Position numbers and translations under genes: made by a program. From Pseudomonadota bacterium (GTDB lineage: Bacteria; Pseudomonadota; Gammaproteobacteria; Burkholderiales; SG8-39), in contig JANMXB010000463.1 in assembly GCA_031380765.1 (NCBI GenBank), positions 1 through 49,135 of the forward strand: a DNA stretch of 49,135 nt, written 5' to 3'. Of the stretch, positions 17,841 to 26,036 are shown piece after piece; positions within the stretch are counted from its first letter, which is position 1, and each line of letters opens with the position of its first letter. A model generated the notes under the pieces. That model had not been told where the DNA came from, did not search any database, and saw only the letters and a list, made by a program, of their open reading frames with translations.

Positions 17841-18005
17841 GGGCGCCCGCCCTGGCTGAGTTCATCGCGCGCTCGGGAGCCCAGGCGGGGCCGGATGCGT
17901 GCTTCGGCTCCGGCTTCTAGAATGGTAGAACACCCGTCTTGGCGGGCTTTCGGGCCGGCCGGGCGCCGAGTGGCGGGATCGCGGTAACTTGGACATAATT
18001 CGTAA

Positions 18006-18890
18006 ATGAATGAAACTGCCCAGGCTGCGGTGCTGTTTGTGGACGTGAGCGGAAGCACACGCCTCTACGAAAGCGCCGGGGACGCGGTTGCGCACGCCGC
18101 AATCGACAAGTGCATCACGATCTTCAAGGACAAGACCGCAGTCATCGGTGGTCGTGTCATCAAGACGATCGGTGACGAGGTGATGGCGACCTTTCCCGAC
18201 GCGAGCTCGGCGGCGGGCGCCGCGATCGAGATGCAAAACGCGATCGACGAGCTGCCGCCGGTTGCCAACACCAAGATTGGCGTGCGCATAGGGTTCCATT
18301 TCGGTCCGCTCGTGGAGCGCGACGGCGATGTGTTCGGCGACTCGGTCAACCTTGCGGCCAGGCTTGCCGGCCTGGCTTCCAAGGGTCAGATCATGACTTC
18401 GCGCGAAACCGTCGAACTCATGAGCCCCATCATGCGCTCGTCGTCGCGGCGCCTGTATTCGATCGAGGTGAAGGGCAAGGCGCAGGCCGTGGACCTTTAC
18501 GAGATCCTCTGGCAGCAGACTGAAGACCAGACGACGCTCGCGACCAACCGTTCCATGGTCAAGCAGAAGCTGACCGCCTTGCGCCTCAAGTATCTCGATC
18601 AGGAAATCCTCCTGGAAGGTGCGCGCACCTCGCTTACCCTGGGACGCGACAAAGCGGGCGATCTCGTCATCATCGATCGCATGGCCTCGCGCCAGCACGG
18701 CAAGATCGAGCGCCGCCTGGACAAGTTCGTCCTCGCCGACCACAGCGCAAACGGAACGTACGTAACCGTCGAAGGCGACAGCGAGGTCGTTCTCAGGCGG
18801 GCCGAGTTCGCCTTGCGTGGTCATGGTTGGATAGCGTTCGGCCAGCCGCGGGCCAGCGCCACGGAAACCGTCGAATTCTTTTGCGAATAA
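18006..18890 (+). CDS. class III adenylate cyclase domain fused to a C-terminal FHA domain (soluble)
   Basis: Cyclase motifs FVDVSGST (D13), IKTIGDEVMATF (K53, D57), DGDVFGDSVNLAARL (D108, N115, R119). FHA signature TLGRD...ASRQHG...SANGTYV. No TM segment. Confidence 0.9.
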   Translation: MNETAQAAVLFVDVSGSTRLYESAGDAVAHAAIDKCITIFKDKTAVIGGRVIKTIGDEVMATFPDASSAAGAAIEMQNAIDELPPVANTKIGVRIGFHFGPLVERDGDVFGDSVNLAARLAGLASKGQIMTSRETVELMSPIMRSSSRRLYSIEVKGKAQAVDLYEILWQQTEDQTTLATNRSMVKQKLTALRLKYLDQEILLEGARTSLTLGRDKAGDLVIIDRMASRQHGKIERRLDKFVLADHSANGTYVTVEGDSEVVLRRAEFALRGHGWIAFGQPRASATETVEFFCE

Positions 18891-18919
18891 GGCCGCGCTA
18901 CGCCCTTTCGCGGGCCCTC

Positions 18920-19660
18920 ATGGTGTTTCTGATGGTCGGCGAAGTTTTCTTTCTCCAGGCCCTGATAGCGAGTCAGGCGCGGGGGCAGGAGAGCAAGTCG
19001 ATGCCTGCCCCGGCGGCAAAATCCGCCCCCCAAAAAGCACCCGCGGCACCCGCGGCGGCCGTCCCGGCCGAGTACGAAGTGGCCAAGGGCGATACGCTTT
19101 TCAGGATTGCCGGCAGGGTCCGCCATCAAGGGGTCACGCTCAATCAGATGGTTCTCGGGCTCTACCGGGCCAACCCCGAAGCGTTCCTCGATGGCAACAT
19201 CAACCAGCTGATCGTTGGACGGGTCCTTAAGATACCCACGCTCGAAGCGGTAATGGCGGTGGACGCGGCACAGGCAAGCCAGCAGCTGAGGCAGCTCATC
19301 GCCAAGCCGGCCGCTCCGCCGGTGAAGGAAGCGCCGGCGCCCCTCAAGCCACGGCCCGAGCCGCCTTCAAAACCCGCCGCCAAGCCCGCATTGACCCCGC
19401 CACAGGCAGCGGAACGGTTCCAGGAAGGCCTCAGATTAGAGCGTGGCGGCGACTTGCAGGCTGCAATGACTGCCTATCTGGCTGCCGGGGAGTCCGGCGA
19501 CGGACTGGCGCAGAAGCGGCTTGGTGATATCTACAACACGGGAAACGCGCTCGTCCGGCGCGACTACGAAACCGCTCTGAAGTGGTATCAGAAGGCACGC
19601 GCGCAGGGGATTGAGATACCCAAACCCATCACCAATCCTGGCGTTCGTACCAAGCCGTAG
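18920..19660 (+). CDS. secreted FimV-type LysM domain protein with Pro-rich linker and C-terminal Sel1 repeat
   Basis: Signal-like N-terminus MVFLMVGEVFFLQALIASQA. LysM/FimV N-terminal block YEVAKGDTLFRIAGRV...LNQMVLGLYRANPEAFLDGNINQLIVGRVLKIP. Sel1-like GDGLAQKRLGDIYNTGNALVRRDYETALKWYQKARAQG. Start uncertain: no clear SD, and an alternative TTG at 18827. Confidence 0.75.
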   Translation: MVFLMVGEVFFLQALIASQARGQESKSMPAPAAKSAPQKAPAAPAAAVPAEYEVAKGDTLFRIAGRVRHQGVTLNQMVLGLYRANPEAFLDGNINQLIVGRVLKIPTLEAVMAVDAAQASQQLRQLIAKPAAPPVKEAPAPLKPRPEPPSKPAAKPALTPPQAAERFQEGLRLERGGDLQAAMTAYLAAGESGDGLAQKRLGDIYNTGNALVRRDYETALKWYQKARAQGIEIPKPITNPGVRTKP

Positions 19661-19704
19661 CCGTAGTCGTTCAGTTCAACGGCGCAGGTCAACGGCGGCG
19701 CCGG

Positions 19705-20334
19705 TTGCCCCGTTTGTTGGCGATGTCCCTGTCTTTCAATCGCCATCCTCCCGGAATTGCGCTGCATGTGGTGCGTCGCGGCCGGCGGCACGCGCAATGC
19801 TTTTTTGATGAGCGGGACCGCCTGGCATTCCTGGAAGGGTTGCGCGAGTACGCGGCGCGCTTCGAATGCGCTATCCACGCCTACGTGCTGATGGGAAACC
19901 ACTTCCACCTGCTGCTTACCGCGTCGAATGACAGCGGCACCGCGCAACTCATGACCAGGCTGTGCGAGCGCCACGAACAGTCGATCCGCGAAACGCAGGA
20001 CTGCCCAGCTGGTTTGTGGGAGGACGGCTTCGAAGCGTCATCGATCCACGTAAAAAGGCATTTCCTCGCCTGCATGCGCTACATTGAACTCAACCCGGTA
20101 CGGGCGGGACTGGTCTCGCGGCCGGGCGCCTTTCGCTGGTCCAGCCACGGCGCAAACGCGCTGGGGCGGGAGAATCTGCTTGTTTCGCCGCACCCCTTTT
20201 ACTATGCCCTGGGGCGCAGCGACGCCGAGCGCCAAAGGGCCTACCGGCGCCTGTTCGGCCCGCAGGTCATGCCGTCCGATCGAACACCAGGCGGGCCGCG
20301 CACAGGTCCTCGAGGGCCGTCCCGACCGACTTGA
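19705..20334 (+). mobile_element. REP-associated tyrosine transposase (RAYT, IS200/IS605 Y1 TnpA-like), diverged and probably 3'-truncated
   Basis: TTG start giving (M)PRL. HUH motif in YVLMGNHFHLLL and catalytic-Tyr block ACMRYIELNPVRAGLV...FRWSS. The last ~23 codons are antisense to the cyclodeaminase gene and look non-native. Confidence 0.65.
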
Positions 20335-21208
20335 AAACGGTGACCTCCGCGGGCTGGCGCCGGCCCGCGTGACGTCCCGCGACCAAATCGGCCAACTCCG
20401 CGAGCACGTGATCACGCCCGATAACGCCGCTTGCGAGCGGCTGCACAAGGTCGCCGGCCTCCTTGAGCGCCCCGGCGAAAGTGTCGACGAACACTGAGGC
20501 CTTCAAAATCAGCTCGTCGTCGCTTTCGCGCATGTCGCGGGTAAAGGCCCCGACCAAATCGACATGCGTGCCAGCTTTTACGTACGCGCCGCGGACCAGG
20601 GGTTCGCGTGCCGTGGTTGCGCAAGTGACGATATCTGCCTCGGCCATGCCGGCCGCGAGATCGGCCGCGGATTGAGCCGGAATACCCTCGCTCCTGAGCG
20701 ACCCAGCCACGGCATCCGCCCGGCCGGGAGAACGGCCCCACACCAGCACGCGCCGGAGCGTACGAACAGCGCAATGCGCCGAGGCCAGGTAAGGCGCCAA
20801 GGCTCCGGTACCCACCACCAGCACGCAGTCCGAGTCCGGGCGCGATAGGAAAGTGGAAGCCAGCGCCGAGGCGGCCGCGGTACGCCGCAGGGTAAGTGCC
20901 TCGCCGTCGATCAACGCGCGGGGATGGCCTGTCGCACCATCGAGCAGCACGTACAACGCCGAAACACTCGCCAGGCCGCGCTCCGGATTGCGCGGAAACA
21001 CGGTGACAAGCTTCACCCCGAGGTCGAGACCGGCGCGCCACGCCGGCATCAGGAGTAGCCGGTCGCCTTCAGGAGTGACCGGGAAGCTCGAGCGCACTGG
21101 CGCCTCGGCCCCGGCCAGAAAGGCGTCACGTAAAGCATCGACAAGGGCGGGATAGGGCAGGGCCGCGTGCACTTCGGCAGCCGTAATATGGCGGATCGAC
21201 GCAGCCAT
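20267..21208 (-). CDS. ornithine cyclodeaminase / mu-crystallin family protein
   Basis: Rossmann VLVVGTGALAPYL, family-typical C-terminus TVFKSVGTALEDLCAARLV. ATG 21208 preferred over TTG 21220. Confidence 0.9.
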   Translation of the reverse strand: MAASIRHITAAEVHAALPYPALVDALRDAFLAGAEAPVRSSFPVTPEGDRLLLMPAWRAGLDLGVKLVTVFPRNPERGLASVSALYVLLDGATGHPRALIDGEALTLRRTAAASALASTFLSRPDSDCVLVVGTGALAPYLASAHCAVRTLRRVLVWGRSPGRADAVAGSLRSEGIPAQSAADLAAGMAEADIVTCATTAREPLVRGAYVKAGTHVDLVGAFTRDMRESDDELILKASVFVDTFAGALKEAGDLVQPLASGVIGRDHVLAELADLVAGRHAGRRQPAEVTVFKSVGTALEDLCAARLVFDRTA

Positions 21209-21292
21209 CGCTACTGACAAAAAATCCCGATAAGCCTAAGGTGCAAGCCGTTCTCCAGCCAAGTTACTGACATTCAGCGCGGGCGATCCGGC

Positions 21293-22054
21293 TCACAGCA
21301 CGATCTCGCGCGCCGCGCCGCGTACGTCCATTTCGAATTCGAGGTCGACGACTGGCGGGCGCGTGTAGTTCCATACGATGCCCCCTGCCGCGGCGCCACG
21401 CGCAGCCAGGAGTTCGCCTACCAGGTGGCCGATGTTCTGCACCGTATACGCCTGGGTGGTGACCGCGTCCTTCCAGCCGAAGCCGAGGAGCTTCATGCGC
21501 CGCTCCATTTCGCCGATCACGAACAGAACTTTTTCGCGCAGGCCCTCCGGCGACGTATCGCCTGGCCGCACGATGCGCTCGCGGTACGACGGCCCGCTTT
21601 CCTTCGCGTCGCCACCGCCTGCCAGGACGAACGTCCGGCGCTTCGAATCCGGGGCCGGCACGGTATACGAGAACGCGTACATCGATGGACCCGCGGGCTT
21701 GTCGTACATAGGGCAAACGTTGGTACGCGCCACCGGATTCATCAGGGGATCGCCGTCCCTGTAGATCCCCCAGCGGGCAAGAGTCGTTACGTACAGCCTG
21801 TTGAAGTCGTAAAAGCCCTGGTCCGTAAACGGCGCAGGCGAACGCAGCTCGCATTGCGCGAAAGCGGCGGCGGGCCGTCCCAGCGACCGCAAATGGCCTT
21901 CGACCGCGACAAAAGCATCGGCCAATGGAAGGGGTTGCATGAAGCGTGCGCGTTCCAGCTCGTATCCCGGCTCGGCCGCGACGCCGCCTGAGTACTGGAA
22001 CACGGCTTTGACATAGCGATAGCCACCGGCGGCAAAAACGGGGACCTCTGACAT
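21293..22054 (-). CDS. conserved hypothetical protein (253 aa), family not confidently recognised
   Basis: ATG 22054 preceded by GAGGAG. Good GC3 bias. Sequence MSEVPVFAAGGYRYVKAVFQYSGGVAAEPG... It vaguely recalls CnbZ-type deaminase annotations, but I cannot verify that. Confidence 0.65.
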   Translation of the reverse strand: MSEVPVFAAGGYRYVKAVFQYSGGVAAEPGYELERARFMQPLPLADAFVAVEGHLRSLGRPAAAFAQCELRSPAPFTDQGFYDFNRLYVTTLARWGIYRDGDPLMNPVARTNVCPMYDKPAGPSMYAFSYTVPAPDSKRRTFVLAGGGDAKESGPSYRERIVRPGDTSPEGLREKVLFVIGEMERRMKLLGFGWKDAVTTQAYTVQNIGHLVGELLAARGAAAGGIVWNYTRPPVVDLEFEMDVRGAAREIVL

Positions 22055-22277
22055 CGAAAACTCCTCGCGAACTGGAAGGTGAGGCAAAGGATGCAACCTC
22101 GCCCGCCGTCGCGCAAGGCTCGATTCGCCTCGATTTGCGCGCGCAGGCCGGGCGCCCGAGCAATCCCAAGCTTCGCTTTTTGTGCAAGAATCCGGCCGCA
22201 AGATCTGCTGCCCAAGTCGCGGCGGGCCGGCCGGTTCCCTGAGTCAAGACGCACGGCAATCTGGAGGAGGCAGCTCG

Positions 22278-24236
22278 ATGGCAGTCGACATCGGCAATCT
22301 CGACACGTTTCCGAAACTGCTTGCGCATCACGCGCAGGTGCGCGGCGGTCTTCCCGCGATCCGCGAAAAAGACCTGGGCGTGTGGCAGACCTGGTCCTGG
22401 GGCCGGTTTGCGGCCGAAGTCCGGGACCTGGCTTGCGGCTTTGCGGCGCATGGCCTCGCCCGCGGCGCGCACCTTGCCATCGTTGGCGACAACCGCCCGC
22501 GCCTCTACGCGGCGATGTGCGCGGCCCAGTGCCTCGGTGCGATTCCGGTGCCGCTCTACCAGGACGCGGTCGCCGCCGAGATGGCGTTTCCGATCCGGAA
22601 CGCCGACATTGGTTACGCGGTTGCCGAAGACCAGGAGCAGGTCGACAAGCTGCTGGAAATCCTGCCGCGGAGTCCCAGTCTCAAGCGCATTTATTTCGAC
22701 GATCCGCGCGGTCTGCGCAACTATGCGCACGACGCCCTGATGAGCTATGAGCGGCTGCAGGAAATCGGCCGCGAGTTCGACACGACCAATCCGGGTTTTT
22801 TCGACGCCGAGGTCGCACGGGGCAGGGGGATCGATACCGCCGCCATGTTTTTCACTTCGGGCACCACCGGCAATCCGAAAGGCGTGGTCCTCACGCATAT
22901 CGCGCTCATCGATCGCGCCCACGAGGCGGCGAAAATGGAGGGCCTCGGCGATTCGGATGTGGTGCTCGCCTACCTGCCGCCGGCCTGGATAGGACAGAAC
23001 ATTTTTTCCTATGCACAGCCTTTCGTGACCGGATACTGCATCTGCTGCCCCGAGTCCGCGGAAACCACCATGGCCGACATGCGCGAGATCGGGCCGACCT
23101 ATTATGTCGCTCCGCCGCGCGTGCTCGAAGCCCTGCTCACGACCGTGTCGATCCGCATGGAAGATGCCGGGGCGATCAAGCGGAAGATGTACCTCTATTT
23201 CATGGAGGTGGCGCGCCGGGTCGGCGCGAAGCTCCTCGACGGCCAGGCCGTAGGCACTGACGATCGCCTTTTTTATCGCCTGGGCGACGTGCTCGTGTAC
23301 GGCCCGCTGCGCAACGTGCTCGGCATGAGCCGGGTGCGCGTCGCTTATACCGCCGGTGAAGCGATCGGGCCCGACCTGTTCGTTTTCTATCGCTCGATCG
23401 GGATCAATCTCAAGCAGCTGTACGGGTCGACCGAGACATCGGTGTTTGTCTGCATCCAGCCCGACGGGCAGGTAAAGCCCGATACCGTTGGTCCGGCAGT
23501 CCCCGGGGTCGAGCTGAAGTTCACGCCGCAGCGGGAACTCCTGATCCGCTCCCCGGGCCTGTTCAAGGAGTACTACAAGAACCCGCAGGCGACCGCCGAG
23601 GCGAAGGACGCAGAGGGCTGGTTCCACACCGGCGACGCGGGATATTTTGACCCCGACGGACACCTCAAGATCATCGACCGCGTGAAAGACGTGGGCGCAC
23701 TCACCGACGGAACCCTGTTCGCGCCGAAGTACCTGGAAAACAAGCTCAAGTTCTTTCCGTACATCCGCGAAGCCGTGGCTTTCGGCGACGGCCGCGACCG
23801 GGTTTGCGTGTTCATCAATTTCGACATGGAGGCAGTGGGCAACTGGGCCGAGCGGCACAACCTGCCCTATTCGGGCTATGTCGATCTCGCTTCGCGCGAT
23901 GAGGTGTTCCAGCTCATAGCCGAGTGCATCGAGAAGGTGAATCTGGACCTGTCGGCGGATTCCGAGCTCGCAAACTCGCAGATCCACCGGTTCCTGATCC
24001 TGCACAAGGAGCTCGATGCCGACGACGGCGAACTTACGCGCACGAGGAAGGTGCGGCGCGGCTACATCGGCGAGCGCTACCAGCCGCTCGTCGAAGCGCT
24101 TTACGGCGGGCTGCGCACCGTCCACGTCGAAGCGCAGGTGAAGTACGAGGACGGACGCACCGGCAGCATTTCGGCCGAGCTGAAAATTCGCGACGCCAGG
24201 ACTTTCCCGGCTGCAGCCGCGAAGCGGGCGGCATGA
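22278..24236 (+). CDS. AMP-dependent acyl-CoA synthetase/ligase (long-chain-fatty-acid--CoA ligase-like)
   Basis: ATG 22278 after GGAGGAGG. AMP-binding signature FFTSGTTGNPKGVVLTH. GDAGYFDPDGHLKIIDRVKD. Confidence 0.9.
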   Translation: MAVDIGNLDTFPKLLAHHAQVRGGLPAIREKDLGVWQTWSWGRFAAEVRDLACGFAAHGLARGAHLAIVGDNRPRLYAAMCAAQCLGAIPVPLYQDAVAAEMAFPIRNADIGYAVAEDQEQVDKLLEILPRSPSLKRIYFDDPRGLRNYAHDALMSYERLQEIGREFDTTNPGFFDAEVARGRGIDTAAMFFTSGTTGNPKGVVLTHIALIDRAHEAAKMEGLGDSDVVLAYLPPAWIGQNIFSYAQPFVTGYCICCPESAETTMADMREIGPTYYVAPPRVLEALLTTVSIRMEDAGAIKRKMYLYFMEVARRVGAKLLDGQAVGTDDRLFYRLGDVLVYGPLRNVLGMSRVRVAYTAGEAIGPDLFVFYRSIGINLKQLYGSTETSVFVCIQPDGQVKPDTVGPAVPGVELKFTPQRELLIRSPGLFKEYYKNPQATAEAKDAEGWFHTGDAGYFDPDGHLKIIDRVKDVGALTDGTLFAPKYLENKLKFFPYIREAVAFGDGRDRVCVFINFDMEAVGNWAERHNLPYSGYVDLASRDEVFQLIAECIEKVNLDLSADSELANSQIHRFLILHKELDADDGELTRTRKVRRGYIGERYQPLVEALYGGLRTVHVEAQVKYEDGRTGSISAELKIRDARTFPAAAAKRAA

Positions 24237-25021
24237 GCGGCGCGCGACACATCGGCGAGGTCATCCTCGCGGTCGAGAATGTGTCGCTCGCCTTTGGCGG
24301 CGTGAAAGCGCTCAGCGCCGTTTCGTTCGACGTTCGCGAGCACGAGGTGCGCGCGATCATCGGCCCGAACGGCGCGGGCAAGAGCTCGATGCTCAACGTC
24401 ATCAACGGGGTGTATCACCCTCAGCAGGGGACCATCAGATTGCAGGGCCGCGAATTCCACGACATGGACCCGCACGAGGTGGCGCTGGCCGGCATTGCGC
24501 GCACCTTCCAGAACCTCGCGCTGTTCCGCGGCATGAGCGTGCTCGACAACATCATGACCGGCCGCAACCTGAGAATGCATTCCAACATCCTTCTGCAGGC
24601 ACTGCGCATCGGGCCGGCCGCGAAGGAAGAGATCGTGCATCGCGAAGCGGTCGAGCGGATCATCGACTTCCTCGAGATCCAGGCGTGGCGCAAGACCCCG
24701 GTCGGCCGCCTGCCGTACGGCCTGCAAAAGCGCGTGGACCTCGGCCGTGCCCTTGCCATGGAGCCGAGCGTGCTGCTGCTCGACGAGCCGATGGCCGGCA
24801 TGAACGTCGAGGAAAAGCAGGACATGTGCCGCTTCATCCTCGACGTCAACGACCATTTCGGCACCACGATCGTCCTGATCGAGCACGACATGGGCGTGGT
24901 CATGGATATTTCGGATCGGGTGGTCGTGCTCGATTACGGCCGCAAGATCGGCGACGGAACACCCGACGAAATCCGCGGCAATCAGGCGGTGATCGACGCC
25001 TACCTCGGCGTCAGCCACTGA
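24233..25021 (+). CDS. branched-chain amino acid-type (Liv/HAAT) ABC transporter ATP-binding protein (LivG-like)
   Basis: ATGA overlap with the ligase stop. Walker A GPNGAGKSS, signature LPYGLQKRVDLGRAL, Walker B LLLLDEPMAG. Confidence 0.95.
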   Translation: MSGARHIGEVILAVENVSLAFGGVKALSAVSFDVREHEVRAIIGPNGAGKSSMLNVINGVYHPQQGTIRLQGREFHDMDPHEVALAGIARTFQNLALFRGMSVLDNIMTGRNLRMHSNILLQALRIGPAAKEEIVHREAVERIIDFLEIQAWRKTPVGRLPYGLQKRVDLGRALAMEPSVLLLDEPMAGMNVEEKQDMCRFILDVNDHFGTTIVLIEHDMGVVMDISDRVVVLDYGRKIGDGTPDEIRGNQAVIDAYLGVSH

Positions 25022-25034
25022 AAGCCGTCGCCGC

Positions 25035-26036
25035 ATGAAACAGCACATCGGCATCGTGGCGCTTGGCCTGGTCCTGCTGGCGGGGCTGGTAGCGCCGCTC
25101 GCCACGGGCGCAAGCGCGCCAGGTTTCTACACCGAAGTACTCCTCGGCGGGTTGATGGCCGGCGTGCTCTACTCGCTGGTGGCCCTGGGCATCGTGCTGA
25201 TCTTCAAGGCTTCGGGCGTGTTCAATTTCGCGCAGGGCGCCATGGTGTTGTTCGCCGCGCTCGCGGTCGCGCGCATGGCCGAGAAGATGCCGCTGTGGGC
25301 GGCGGCGCTGCTTGCCATGGGCATCATGGTCCTGGTGGCGATCGTCATCGAGCGCCTGGTGTTGCGCCCGCTCGTGAACCAGGACGGCGTGGTGCTCCTC
25401 ATGGCGACGCTCGGCGTGTCCTATTTTCTCGACGGCATCGGCCAGACACTCTGGGGCAGCGATATTTACGAAATCAACCTTGGCATCGCCAAAGAGCCGG
25501 TGATGATCCTCGATAACCTGTTCCAGGGGGGCATTCTCATCAACAAGGACGACGTGGCCTCGGCAATCGTTGCGGCCCTGCTCGTGGGAGCGCTCGCCTT
25601 GTTCTTCCAGAAGACCGCCACCGGCCGTGCGCTGCGCGCAGTCGCCGACGACCACCAGGCGGCGCAATCGATCGGGATACCGCTCAACCGCATCTGGATC
25701 ATCGTCTGGTCGGTCGCGGGCATCGTCGCCCTGGTCGCCGGAATGGTGTGGGGCGCCAAGCTCGGCGTGCAGTTTTCGATTTCCCAGGTCGCCCTCAAGG
25801 CGCTGCCGGTAGTGATCCTTGGCGGCTTCACCTCGGTCCCGGGCGCCATCATCGGCGGCCTCATCATCGGCGTCGGCGAAAAAATGGCCGAAGTGTTCCT
25901 CGGACCACCGCTGGTCAAGGCTTTCGATCTGGCCGGCGGCGGCATCGAGAACTGGTTTGCCTACGTACTCGCCCTGTTGTTCCTCCTGGTCAGGCCGCAG
26001 GGCCTGTTCGGCGAAAAACTCATCGACAGGGTCTAG
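25035..26036 (+). CDS. HAAT-family ABC transporter permease (LivH-like)
   Basis: 333 aa polytopic protein. Typical LivH blocks FAQGAMVLFAA and GGFTSVPGAIIGGLIIG. Confidence 0.95.
   Translation: MKQHIGIVALGLVLLAGLVAPLATGASAPGFYTEVLLGGLMAGVLYSLVALGIVLIFKASGVFNFAQGAMVLFAALAVARMAEKMPLWAAALLAMGIMVLVAIVIERLVLRPLVNQDGVVLLMATLGVSYFLDGIGQTLWGSDIYEINLGIAKEPVMILDNLFQGGILINKDDVASAIVAALLVGALALFFQKTATGRALRAVADDHQAAQSIGIPLNRIWIIVWSVAGIVALVAGMVWGAKLGVQFSISQVALKALPVVILGGFTSVPGAIIGGLIIGVGEKMAEVFLGPPLVKAFDLAGGGIENWFAYVLALLFLLVRPQGLFGEKLIDRV

Noticed and set aside
18827-18919. Upstream TTG start for the FimV-like gene, overlapping the cyclase-FHA gene by 64 nt
   Set aside because: The extension encodes an Arg-rich, non-signal-like peptide. 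ATG 18920 yields a plausible signal peptide. The start remains uncertain because no clear SD precedes either codon.
21264-24125. 953-aa minus-strand ORF, the longest in the track
   Set aside because: It is antisense to the well-supported acyl-CoA ligase and overlaps the 21293-22054 gene out of frame. The translation is Arg/Gly/Ala/Pro-rich low complexity with no motif. This is a typical high-GC shadow ORF.
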